Of a stretch of DNA of 32,000 nt, positions 1-8,789 are shown piece after piece. The stretch covers positions 48,135 through 80,134 of the forward strand of contig NZ_JAIVKU010000003.1 of assembly GCF_020524165.1 (NCBI RefSeq). The letters are read 5' to 3'. The notes beneath the pieces are model-generated. The model saw only the letters and a program-made list of their open reading frames with translations. It was not told the DNA's origin and searched no databases. A program made the translations under genes and the position numbers. Every line of letters begins with the position of its first letter. Within the stretch, counting starts at the first letter, position 1. This stretch comes from Guptibacillus hwajinpoensis (GTDB taxonomy: Bacteria > Bacillota > Bacilli > Bacillales > Guptibacillaceae).

Positions 1-70
1 TCGCTATATCGACGGATTAATTGAAGATGAGAATGAAAAGAAACAGATTCTCAGCAACTTCTGGGGTTAA
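1..70 (+). CDS. 3' end of an upstream CDS (partial, product not identifiable)
   Basis: Open frame with codons starting at nt 2 reads ...RYIDGLIEDENEKKQILSNFWG, then TAA at 68-70. An intrinsic terminator follows immediately. Confidence 0.4.
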   Translation, partial: RYIDGLIEDENEKKQILSNFWG

Positions 71-83
71 TTCTTACTGAAAG

Positions 84-117
84 AAAAGCTGTCGGGTCTT
101 CCGACGGCTTTTTTTAC
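84..117 (+). terminator. Rho-independent terminator of the upstream gene
   Basis: Arms agctgtcgg (87-95) and ccgacggct (101-109) pair with one G-U, followed by a T7 tract. Confidence 0.7.
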
Positions 118-268
118 GAGAAATATTCTTTTTCTTTAGCTTCCCTACTCATGGAATATCTTAGAAAAATGCCCCACAATCCTTTTTTGAACATATGGAA
201 TGAGCTATAATGCTAATAAATGGTATCCAATTCATTAGCTGCTTTTGCAGTGGAATCAGGAGAGTGGC

Positions 269-1957
269 ATGTTAAAAAATCAGTTAGAGCATTTACAAAG
301 TGAAACCCTCACCATTCCTGAACCTCAACGGTCAAGATTAAGGTGGTGTGGGTCTAGAGCTTCAGGAAAACATATTCTCCATATAAGCAAGACACCTGGA
401 ATTCTTTCCATTATTAATGAAGATACTCAATTAGACATGGTGAACCTTATGTCTTCCTATGACGATAGAGGAATGGTTGACCAACCAAGCTTCAATTGTA
501 CAAGCACATTTTGGGCAGTGAAGCTTTCATGTGCCATACCGTTTCCGACGAATTACTTTGATGCCGTTATTATTGAAGATACATTAGCTGAAACCCTTTC
601 TGTGCAAAAAGATGAAGTGCAAAGACTTATAAAGCCAAATGGGAAAATTATTGTTACGGAAAAATTAAAGCGTGCCCTCCACTTAAAAGAAGAATGGGAA
701 GCGATTTTCTTAAACAATGAACGAATTGATCACCGTGTTGATGAACATTATGTCAGTGTCGTTCTTCGAAATGTTATCAAAACGCCTGACGATTCAGAAC
801 ACATGCTAAGGAATGTTTTAAATGAGATGGAAGCAGTAAATGAAAGATTAAATAAAGAATACGCTAAGGTGGTACATCAAAAGCTTGAAGAGAAAAAAAC
901 GGAAGAACTAGCAAGGTTGCAAGAAAAGAATAAATTGGTCAAAAGTCTTCCTTTTGTAAAACGAAAGCATGTGGCCCTAGTCGAGCAAGTCGAACTTTCA
1001 TCGGAAGAAAAAAAGGAGCTACTCCAACATCCTCAAGATATTACTTTACATACAAAGAAATGCGACTTGGAAAATCAGCTTAGTCGTTTTCAAGCCATGG
1101 GAAACGTCACAGTGGTGTTTGGGAAAGGTCCTTTCTATCGAAAAAATAGTTTAGTATTCTCTCATCAATTAGTGGATGTGCTTGGCCATAAAGGACGAAA
1201 TGTCGTTTATGTACATGAAGACGTAACTCACTCGATTACGCCACTATATAGAAATGGAGAAAATATCATTCAAATTAGCACCACAGACTTTTGGGATCAT
1301 TCCCACCTATTTGTGGCACCGGATTTGTATATAAGCTTACAGGACCTTCAAATGGCAAAAAGGATCGGGCGATTTCAGTGGAAGAAGTGGAGTATTTATT
1401 ATTTACCTAAAGAAATCACAGATCAAGAGGTTCACAGTTTTACGTTAAATAGCCTTCATCCTCATAGTTTCATTTCGAGAACCGCGAGCTATCTTTCATT
1501 TGTAACGGAGGCGATGCAATCTAAGAGTAGGATTAGTTCTTTCGAAGGAGAGCGGATAATTGCCGGATATATCGGGGATCTTGGAGCAGAAACCGTAGAT
1601 TATCGAGCAATTAAAGAAATGCTCATTGAAAATAAGACGATGTCAATTGAACTGATCGGTTACAATCTTCCCGATGAAGCGCCAATTAATACAAAAAGAC
1701 TATTGCTAAGAGAGTATACAAATGATGATGACGTAAGAAAGAGAGCAAAAAAATGGACGTTTGGGATTCTCCCTCTTCGAAATCAAGGCTTACTAGTACC
1801 CGTGCATACAATGACCACCTTTCAAGTTCCGATCTTATATACTGAAAACTGGAATGCTCCAGTGCAGGACCAAAAGATCATTTCACTTAATAAAGGAAAG
1901 TCTTTAAGTGAGCTTATAGAGGTAGCGATTTACGCATTGGAGGGAGGAGAACGATGA
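269..1957 (+). CDS. Hypothetical 562-aa protein: degenerate class I methyltransferase-like N-domain, K/E-rich coiled coil, divergent GT-B-like C-domain
   Basis: ORF track gives 245..1957. I prefer ATG 269 because AGGAGAG (258-264) precedes it. Motif-like strings: ILHISKTPG, FDAVIIEDTL, LIKPNGKIIV. Coiled-coil stretch: NERLNKEYAKVVHQKLEEKKTEELARLQEKNK. Rossmann-like strings in the C-terminal half: VTVVFGKGP, RIIAGYIGDLG, SIELIGY. The stop overlaps the next start (ATGA at 1954-1957). Confidence 0.6.
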   Translation: MLKNQLEHLQSETLTIPEPQRSRLRWCGSRASGKHILHISKTPGILSIINEDTQLDMVNLMSSYDDRGMVDQPSFNCTSTFWAVKLSCAIPFPTNYFDAVIIEDTLAETLSVQKDEVQRLIKPNGKIIVTEKLKRALHLKEEWEAIFLNNERIDHRVDEHYVSVVLRNVIKTPDDSEHMLRNVLNEMEAVNERLNKEYAKVVHQKLEEKKTEELARLQEKNKLVKSLPFVKRKHVALVEQVELSSEEKKELLQHPQDITLHTKKCDLENQLSRFQAMGNVTVVFGKGPFYRKNSLVFSHQLVDVLGHKGRNVVYVHEDVTHSITPLYRNGENIIQISTTDFWDHSHLFVAPDLYISLQDLQMAKRIGRFQWKKWSIYYLPKEITDQEVHSFTLNSLHPHSFISRTASYLSFVTEAMQSKSRISSFEGERIIAGYIGDLGAETVDYRAIKEMLIENKTMSIELIGYNLPDEAPINTKRLLLREYTNDDDVRKRAKKWTFGILPLRNQGLLVPVHTMTTFQVPILYTENWNAPVQDQKIISLNKGKSLSELIEVAIYALEGGER

Positions 1958-3018
1958 AAATCCTATATATATATCGCTACTTGTTACTAGGTGGTGTAAC
2001 GACTCAATTAGCCAATCGACTTGGATTTCTTAAATCCGTATGTGATCCTCATTTTATTTTTCTTTCTGACCATGGTGGGAGGACAGCATTTGAGAACTAC
2101 GACAAAATTACCGTGACGAGTGAGCCTGCTTCGATTCATGATTATGTGAAAGAACATGAGTTTGATTTAATTATTGCAATCGATACAAAAGAAATCACAG
2201 ATTATTTAATAAACGTTCATTGTGAAGTACCCATTATTCAAGAGGTACACGGGATTTCATATAAACTAAATTATTTGGTAGAAGAGGATCAGCGTCGCTT
2301 TCTTGGGTATATCGTTCCCTCAAGCTACAGTAAAGAACGGATCATAGAGGATTATTCTGCTCCAGAAGAACGGACGTTTGTGATTCCAAATTGTCTTGAT
2401 ACAACGTTATTTTCTCGAAAAGAAGTTCAGCCGATTACAAACAAAAAAATTATTTGTTGGGTTGGAAAACTAAATGATCATAAGAATTGGCAAGGATTTT
2501 TAGAGCTTGCTGAAAGAATATCTGAACGCCGGGATGATTGTGTATTTTGGATTGTTGGAGGAGAAACGGCTTCAGCTAAAGCAACAAGACATCTCTTCCA
2601 TGAGGCGAATAAGCGTGATCTCCGGATTCAATGGATTGATCGCATGGAATACAATGAAATGCCTGATCTCTACTCGATGGTTGCTGAGAGCGGTGGCTGC
2701 ACGGTTAGTACATCAAAAGGCGAATCCTTTGGTATGAGTTTGATTGAAGCGATGGCATGTGGATGTCCAGCTATTGCTCCAACGGTTGGAGCCATTCCTG
2801 AAATTTATTTAGGATCATTGCAGCGACTAACGTATGAACTTCATGATTTGCAGGCATGTGAATCAATTGTGGATCGTCTCCTTGATGATGTGGATGAACG
2901 AAAAATTCAAATCATCAATGGGGTGGAGAAAGTACAAAAAGACTATTCTATTCACCATGTTGTTACGCAATATTTCAATTTACTTCAGAAGCTGTCTACT
3001 GCCCAAAAAGTCTGGTAA
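1954..3018 (+). CDS. Glycosyltransferase, GT4 (GT-B fold, group 1)
   Basis: N-terminal MKILYIYRYLLLGG. C-terminal retaining-GT signature ESFGMSLIEAMACGCPAIAPTVGAIPE (EX7E type). Translationally coupled to the preceding ORF. Confidence 0.8.
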   Translation: MKILYIYRYLLLGGVTTQLANRLGFLKSVCDPHFIFLSDHGGRTAFENYDKITVTSEPASIHDYVKEHEFDLIIAIDTKEITDYLINVHCEVPIIQEVHGISYKLNYLVEEDQRRFLGYIVPSSYSKERIIEDYSAPEERTFVIPNCLDTTLFSRKEVQPITNKKIICWVGKLNDHKNWQGFLELAERISERRDDCVFWIVGGETASAKATRHLFHEANKRDLRIQWIDRMEYNEMPDLYSMVAESGGCTVSTSKGESFGMSLIEAMACGCPAIAPTVGAIPEIYLGSLQRLTYELHDLQACESIVDRLLDDVDERKIQIINGVEKVQKDYSIHHVVTQYFNLLQKLSTAQKVW

Positions 3019-3137
3019 TGTACCGGGCTTTTTGTATGTGCAATAGTACATCATTTTTTAGTTTGCGATAGAAAGCAGTTGTTTTATTAACGGAGTGTAA
3101 AATTTCGTTTACACTTCTAATGGTTTTCCTAATCAAC

Positions 3138-3166
3138 TTTTCTTTCGAATCATTACGAAGTATAAT
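3138..3166 (+). promoter_or_regulatory. Possible sigma-A promoter for the second glycosyltransferase unit
   Basis: Perfect TATAAT at 3161-3166, but only a poor -35 (TTTTCT, 17-nt spacer). Lies in the 198-bp gap, after an 8-bp hairpin (3094-3115). Confidence 0.35.
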
Positions 3167-3216
3167 GAAAGAAGTGTTTTTATGTCGTATTCTTGTTAAG
3201 AGGGAAAGGATTCATT

Positions 3217-4443
3217 ATGAAGATTTTATATCTGTCTCAACATTTCCCGCCCGAAATAGGCGCTGCTCAGGCACGTGCTTATGATATGTCAATGAATTTG
3301 GTAGAAGAGGGCTGTGATGTTACGGTAGTTACAGCTTTTCCGAATCATGTTTCTTCCAAAAAACTATTTCAAACCAGCAAGCATCTAGGATTAAATGTCA
3401 TACGTTCTTATGTTGTACAAGACACGAAGAAGAGTACGCTAAGAAGGATGTTAAATTATGTTTCGTTTATGACAACCTCGATCATAGCCGGGTTATTTGC
3501 TAAAAAGCCTGACGTTGTTTTTGCTACAACTCCACAGCTTTTCGTTGGATTATCTGGTTACGTATTAAGTAAGCTGAAACGTGCCAAATTCGTCATTGAA
3601 GTTCGGGATTTATGGGTGGATTTTGCTGAAGTTTTAAATCAAATAAATAATAAAAAGTTACTCACAATGGCTCGGAAATTAGAGTGGTTTCTTTTTAAAC
3701 AGGCTGATCACATCGTTGTTGTGACTCATGGGTATAAAAGATACCTCGTTGAAAAAGGAATATCAGAAAGTAAAATTGACGTTATCACAAATGGCGTAAA
3801 TCCTAGTGAAATGGGATTATTAGTACCTGAAGAAGGAATGAAAATTCGTTCGGAATACGGCCTGGAAGATCAGTTTCTTATTTTATATGCAGGCAACATG
3901 GGCATTGCACAAGGGCTTCAAACTGTGTTAGAAGCTGCTTATAAGTTGAAAGGTGTCTCTTCTATTACTTTTGTGCTTATAGGAGAAGGTGCTGAAAAAG
4001 ACAGGCTACAAAAGTACAAAAAAGAACAAGATCTTCATAACGTTATGATCCTAGATAGTCGAGCAAAGCAGGAGTTGAATGGCTTTTATGCGGCGGCTGA
4101 CTTATGCCTTGTTATTTTGAAAAATCATCCTCTTTTTGATATTACAATTCCATCTAAATTGTTTGATTGTCTTGCTATGAACAAACCGATTTTGTTAGGA
4201 ATTGGAGGAGAATCAAAAGAAATTGTTAAAAGTTTAAACGCAGGTCTCTTTTTTGAACCAGAAAATGCGGAGTCGCTTGCGAATGTTGTGTTAGAGGCTA
4301 CTTCTAATCCTGACATTATGGAGCAATTAGAAAAAGATGTTCGAAGCAAAATGTTATTAAAATATAATCGACAAGAATTATCTAGAAACTTAGCGCGGTT
4401 ATTAGAATCTACTCAGGATCGCGTAAAAGGTTGGTCACAATGA
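3217..4443 (+). CDS. Glycosyltransferase, GT4 (WcaI/WbuB-like)
   Basis: MKILYLSQHFPPEIGAAQARAYDMSMNLVEEGCDVTVVT is the typical WcaI/WbuB-type N-terminus. The C-terminal half has the group 1 GT layout. ATG 3217 is preferred over TTG 3193 because of the GGGAAAGGA RBS 6 nt upstream. Confidence 0.8.
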   Translation: MKILYLSQHFPPEIGAAQARAYDMSMNLVEEGCDVTVVTAFPNHVSSKKLFQTSKHLGLNVIRSYVVQDTKKSTLRRMLNYVSFMTTSIIAGLFAKKPDVVFATTPQLFVGLSGYVLSKLKRAKFVIEVRDLWVDFAEVLNQINNKKLLTMARKLEWFLFKQADHIVVVTHGYKRYLVEKGISESKIDVITNGVNPSEMGLLVPEEGMKIRSEYGLEDQFLILYAGNMGIAQGLQTVLEAAYKLKGVSSITFVLIGEGAEKDRLQKYKKEQDLHNVMILDSRAKQELNGFYAAADLCLVILKNHPLFDITIPSKLFDCLAMNKPILLGIGGESKEIVKSLNAGLFFEPENAESLANVVLEATSNPDIMEQLEKDVRSKMLLKYNRQELSRNLARLLESTQDRVKGWSQ

Positions 4444-5558
4444 AAAAAGTGTGTGTTATCACGTCTATTCATTCTCCTTATGACGGACGTATTTATCATA
4501 AACAATGTAAAAGTTTAAAAAGAGCGGGATACAACGTCGTATTAATTGCGCCTAAGCCAGAAGTGGCTGAATCGGAAGACATCCCGCTTATTCCTTTTAA
4601 ACGCCCTTCAGGAGTGAAAGAACGACTTCGATCTATTTTACATCTTTATAAGCTTGCTAAAAAGACCAAAGCTGATATTTACCATTTTCATGATCCTGAA
4701 TTAATGCTTGTTGGGGTGATGATTGAGTTCTTTCTTAAGAAACCGGTGATTTATGATGTACACGAGCATTATCCAAATACGATAATGGGTAGAGAGTATA
4801 TCCCTTCATTAGTAAAAGTACCGATGAAGCTTGGCTATATCTTGATAGAAAAATTAGCTCTTATGAAAATTAGTGGCGTGATTTATACAACTGAAGAAAT
4901 TGGATTAAGGTATCGTCATTATAATGGATGCAAAATTGAAAATTATCCATTAAAGGAAATGTTTCCAGAGCCATCAAAAGAAAAAGATGAGAACCAAATC
5001 ATTTATTTAGGTGGTATTACAAAAATAAGAGGCGTTCTTCAGCTCATCGAAGGATTTGCTAAGGCGGTAGAAAAAACACCTGCGGCCAAGTTGCTTTTTC
5101 TTGGTAGTTTTGAATCAGATCATTTTAAAGAAGAAGTTCATCAGCTGATTGATCGGTTAGAATTAAATCAGAATGTAACCTTTATAAGTAGGGTACCCTA
5201 CGAACAAATATCAGCTTATGTGAACCGTTCAGCTATTGGAATCTTACCTTATTTACCCTACCCAAACCACCTTGTTGCTCTCCCAAACAAATTGTTTGAG
5301 TATATGGCTGCAAGCAATGCCATTATCTCTTCAAACTTCCCACACTATGCAAAGGTGATTAAAGATAGTGAGGGGGGACTTGTCGTTAACCCGGAGGACC
5401 CTGAGGAAATCTCAGCTAAAATCCATCAGCTTTTAAGTCACCCTGTACAGACTAAAGAACTTGGCCAAAATGCTAGACGTGCATTCGAACATAAATATAA
5501 CTGGACTTGTGAAGAAAAAAAACTGCTTAAATTTTACCGCACTTTGTTAAACGTGTAG
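4440..5558 (+). CDS. Glycosyltransferase, GT4
   Basis: MKKVCVITSIHSPYDGRIYHKQCKSLKRAGYNVVLIAP, plus a C-terminal group 1 GT pattern (LPNKLFEYMAASNAIISS). ATG 4440 overlaps the stop of the previous gene (ATGA). Confidence 0.8.
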   Translation: MKKVCVITSIHSPYDGRIYHKQCKSLKRAGYNVVLIAPKPEVAESEDIPLIPFKRPSGVKERLRSILHLYKLAKKTKADIYHFHDPELMLVGVMIEFFLKKPVIYDVHEHYPNTIMGREYIPSLVKVPMKLGYILIEKLALMKISGVIYTTEEIGLRYRHYNGCKIENYPLKEMFPEPSKEKDENQIIYLGGITKIRGVLQLIEGFAKAVEKTPAAKLLFLGSFESDHFKEEVHQLIDRLELNQNVTFISRVPYEQISAYVNRSAIGILPYLPYPNHLVALPNKLFEYMAASNAIISSNFPHYAKVIKDSEGGLVVNPEDPEEISAKIHQLLSHPVQTKELGQNARRAFEHKYNWTCEEKKLLKFYRTLLNV

Positions 5559-5598
5559 CGGTGAAAAGAGAGAAGCTTGAAAGAAGCGGGGAAACAGA

Positions 5599-6567
5599 AT
5601 GAAAAAACAATCAAGAATTAGAAGAAGGCGAAAGAAAAGCTTATTTCGCAGACTTTTAACTTTTGTCCTGTTAATTGTCCTGGTCTTAATTGGCTATGGT
5701 GCTTATCTTGCCTATAATGCTTATGATGCAGCCTCTGGTTCCTATCAAGGCCTTTCTAGAGGCGAAAAATCGGAGCTACGCGACGCAGAAGTAGCCGTTA
5801 CAAAAGATCCGATTACAATCCTACTAATGGGAATAGAAGATTATTCAACTGGCGGTGAAAATGGTCGAACAGATACGCTCATGGTAGCGACGGTTGACCC
5901 TGATACGAAGAAGGTCAACTTACTCAGCATTCCAAGGGATTCACGTGTTGAAATTGTGGGGAAAGGCATTGATGATAAAATTACCCATGCGCATGCCTAC
6001 GGCGGTACGGAAATGACCATTAATACTGTTGAGAATTTCTTAAATATACCAATTGATTATTATGTGAAGGTAAACTTTGAAGGATTTAAAGATGTTATTG
6101 ATGAAATTGGTGGCATTACCGTTGATGTTCCATTTGATTTTGTTGCTCATACAGACGTACCAGGGGGGAGAGCGACCTTTACTGAAGGTCCAATGACCCT
6201 AGATGGAACTGAAGCGCTAGCCTACGCGCGGATGCGTAAGGATGACCCAAGGGGAGATTTTGGGCGAAGCGACCGTCAGAAACAGGTGATAAAAGCAGCG
6301 ATGGATGAAGTTTCGACTGCCTCTGGTTTGCTTAAGCTTGATGACATTGCTCAACACATTGGCAATAACATTGAAACAAATCTAAAGCCAACTGAGTTAT
6401 TTGCTCTTCAAAAAGCTTATTCTGATGTCAGTTCATCAGATATCGAAAGCCTAACGATTGATGGAACTGATGAACGAATTAATGACGTCTATTACTTTAA
6501 ACCAGATGAAGAAAGCGTGGCTGCCCTAAGCCAGAAATTAAATGACATTCTAAATTCATCGAAATAA
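5599..6567 (+). CDS. LytR-CpsA-Psr (LCP) family wall-polymer ligase (TagT/U/V-like)
   Basis: Basic N-terminus plus a single TM helix. LCP core: LLMGIEDYSTGGENGRTDTLMVATVDPDTKKVNLLSIPRDS ... ITHAHAYGG ... ALAYARMRKDDPRGDFGRSDRQ. Confidence 0.9.
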   Translation: MKKQSRIRRRRKKSLFRRLLTFVLLIVLVLIGYGAYLAYNAYDAASGSYQGLSRGEKSELRDAEVAVTKDPITILLMGIEDYSTGGENGRTDTLMVATVDPDTKKVNLLSIPRDSRVEIVGKGIDDKITHAHAYGGTEMTINTVENFLNIPIDYYVKVNFEGFKDVIDEIGGITVDVPFDFVAHTDVPGGRATFTEGPMTLDGTEALAYARMRKDDPRGDFGRSDRQKQVIKAAMDEVSTASGLLKLDDIAQHIGNNIETNLKPTELFALQKAYSDVSSSDIESLTIDGTDERINDVYYFKPDEESVAALSQKLNDILNSSK

Positions 6568-6575
6568 TGAAGATC

Positions 6576-6608
6576 AAAAAAGCATCCGCTATTAGGCGGA
6601 TGCTTTTT
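6576..6608. terminator. Bidirectional intrinsic terminator between the convergent LCP gene and tagO
   Basis: Arms agcatccgc (6581-6589) and gcggatgct (6596-6604). A-tract upstream and T-tract downstream. Overlaps the tagO stop codon. Confidence 0.8.
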
Positions 6609-7686
6609 AACGTCTCATTGTACTTGTAAATACCAACAGTTTCTTTAACGTATTAATGAGGGGCTTTCGCTGATTGCCAATTAGCCCAATTAATTCGGCA
6701 GTAAACTGAATGACAAGGAGAACTAATAAAAGTAAGAAAAGGGAACCCCACAAAGTCGATGCTGAGAATAAAATTGCTGTAATGCCAAAGAAAAAGCTGA
6801 GAAGGTAAATAATAATAACGGTTGATTGATGTGAGAATCCTATAGCGAGTAAACAATGGTGGATATGAAACTTATCAGGCGTTGAGATCTTTTGCTTTCT
6901 CAAAACACGTCTTACGATTGCAAAGAACGTATCAAAAATGGGAACTGCTAAAATAATGACGGGTATAATCAAACTAAAGACGGTTACACTTTTAAACAAT
7001 CCAAGCATTGAGATGACTGAAATGGCGAACCCAAGAAAGAGTGCTCCAGTATCTCCCATGAATATGCTTGCTGGATGAAAATTATAAAATAGGAAGCCGA
7101 GTGTACTACCAATTAAGATTACCGCAAGTGCAATGACAACAAGCTGTTGGTCTAGGATGGCCATTGTTAAGATTGAACCTAAAGCAATGGTCGAAACTCC
7201 AGCAGCAAGCCCATCAAGTCCGTCAATCAAGTTAATGGAATTGGTAACGCCGACGATCCACAAAACGGTGATAAAGAAGCTAAGAAACCCAAATTCAATT
7301 CGTCCAACAAAAGGCAGTGATATGAATTCTACTTGTAGTCCAGATGACGCGACAATAATCGCAGCTATAATTTGTCCAACTAACTTTACTTTAGGCGATA
7401 CTGCAAAACGATCATCAAACACGCCTAAAACGATAATGAGAGTTCCAGCAACGACAATTTCGGTCATATAAGGTGAGTAAGGACTTAAATATAGGAATCC
7501 TGCAACGGTTCCAGCAAAAATGGCAAGTCCGCCGGCAGACGGCATTAGTCCTTTATGAACTTTACGTTGATTTGGTTTATCAGCTATTTTAAATTTCAAT
7601 GATAAGAATTTCACGACGGGTGTAGCAAGGACAGCCACACTTATAGATATCAAAAAAGCGATCAAATACTCTGTTAACGAATACAA
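6607..7686 (-). CDS. tagO: Undecaprenyl-phosphate GlcNAc-1-phosphate transferase (MraY/WecA family)
   Basis: Polytopic membrane protein with family motifs NSINLIDGLDGLA and FMGDTGALFLGF. Lies next to yvyE and degSU as in B. subtilis. TTG start with a GAGGGGGA RBS. Confidence 0.9.
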   Translation of the reverse strand: MYSLTEYLIAFLISISVAVLATPVVKFLSLKFKIADKPNQRKVHKGLMPSAGGLAIFAGTVAGFLYLSPYSPYMTEIVVAGTLIIVLGVFDDRFAVSPKVKLVGQIIAAIIVASSGLQVEFISLPFVGRIEFGFLSFFITVLWIVGVTNSINLIDGLDGLAAGVSTIALGSILTMAILDQQLVVIALAVILIGSTLGFLFYNFHPASIFMGDTGALFLGFAISVISMLGLFKSVTVFSLIIPVIILAVPIFDTFFAIVRRVLRKQKISTPDKFHIHHCLLAIGFSHQSTVIIIYLLSFFFGITAILFSASTLWGSLFLLLLVLLVIQFTAELIGLIGNQRKPLINTLKKLLVFTSTMRR

Positions 7687-7887
7687 TAAAATCCCCCTCT
7701 AACTGAGGAATAGTAATTCATTCCTTTCATATCATATCAAAATAGGTGTGTATTGCAAGAGGTTTCTTATCATGCTTTTACAGAAGTTATCCTATTGCTT
7801 TTATCTTTCCCGAATAAGGGACTTTCATGTTGAATGATAGGAGGATCTATAATTACCAATACCCTTTTGGATTAATAAGTAACCATT

Positions 7888-8520
7888 TTACACATCATAC
7901 TCTTTATACACTTGTTCTCCAACTGTTATATTGGCTTGACCATTTACAATATTGGTCATCCAATCAATAAAATTTTCTTCTGTATTGCTGTCAACAAGAG
8001 TTCGAACTTGGACATTCTCCAAATACTCAATCTCATCTAATAAGTAATTCGAAGAACGGATTTCGTTTTCGACTTTACCTAGTAAGGAATAATCAATTTG
8101 AGTGGTTATTTTAGTCATCAATTTACGCTCGACAATTCCAGTTGCATTCAGTCCCTCTGAAACAGATTGCCCATAGGCACGAATTAAACCGCCTGCACCT
8201 AGTTTAATGCCACCAAAGTAACGGGTAACGACTACTGTTGTATCTTTTAGATTTCGTTTTTTTAGAACTTCAAGCATTGGAACGCCGGCCGTGCCCGATG
8301 GTTCTCCATCGTCGTTCGCTTTTTGAATCAAGTTCTGCTCTCCTATTAAGTAAGCGGAGCAATTGTGTGTGGCACTAGCGTGTCTTTTTTTGATGGCTTG
8401 AATAAATTCTTGAGCTTCCTCTTCTGTTGGGGTTCGTTTGACGTGAGCAATAAATCGGGATTTTTGTAAGACGATTTCGTTTTCTCCTTCGTTTTTAACG
8501 GTATAATATGAAGTAAGCAT
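7888..8520 (-). CDS. yvyE: IMPACT/YigZ family protein (UPF0029)
   Basis: MLTSYYTVKNEGENEIVLQKSRFIAHV...HNCSAYLIG...DDGEPSGTAGVPML...VVVTRYFGGIKLGAGGLIRAY. ATG 8520 has a GGAGG 8 nt upstream. The longer track ORF (to 8595) has no RBS. Confidence 0.85.
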   Translation of the reverse strand: MLTSYYTVKNEGENEIVLQKSRFIAHVKRTPTEEEAQEFIQAIKKRHASATHNCSAYLIGEQNLIQKANDDGEPSGTAGVPMLEVLKKRNLKDTTVVVTRYFGGIKLGAGGLIRAYGQSVSEGLNATGIVERKLMTKITTQIDYSLLGKVENEIRSSNYLLDEIEYLENVQVRTLVDSNTEENFIDWMTNIVNGQANITVGEQVYKEYDV

Positions 8521-8628
8521 GCGGATAACCTCCAGATATTCTTTCAACATTCTAATGAATGAAAGGGATTTGTTTCTGATCATCGAATAGTACATAATGG
8601 AACACTCGTATTTAAGTTAGGAAATAAT

Positions 8629-8648
8629 GAAGGACGTTAACGTCCTTC
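8629..8648. repeat. Perfect 20-bp palindrome GAAGGACGTTAACGTCCTTC in the divergent yvyE/degS intergenic region
   Basis: Read directly from the sequence. Flanked by an A-rich left and T-rich right extension (aaataat / ttattat). Confidence 0.9.
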
Positions 8649-8789
8649 TTATTATAAGTTTCTTAAATTAATCCATCAAATATAGATCCTCAAGTCATAA
8701 ACAGACGGTCACATACGAATTTTGTAAAAGAAGTACTTTTGGACTATCTTTTCTTAACGTCCGTCCCTTGAAGGAATGGAGGGGTAAGC

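Noticed and set aside
7888-8595. Long N-terminal extensions in the ORF track (yvyE to 8595, comFA from 12772, csp from 15170, ftsX from 22575, M23 from 23520, ctpB from 25051, orphan from 28025, thioesterase from 28440)
   Set aside because: In each case an internal ATG or TTG with a good Shine-Dalgarno gives the N-terminus expected for the family. The longer form lacks an RBS or overlaps the upstream gene or terminator.
8627-8671. 14-codon ORF (MKDVNVLLIISFLN) running through the 20-bp palindrome
   Set aside because: It is very short, the AGGA lies only 4 nt from the ATG, and the hydrophobic string is a consequence of the palindrome and T-rich flank. There is no support for a peptide gene.
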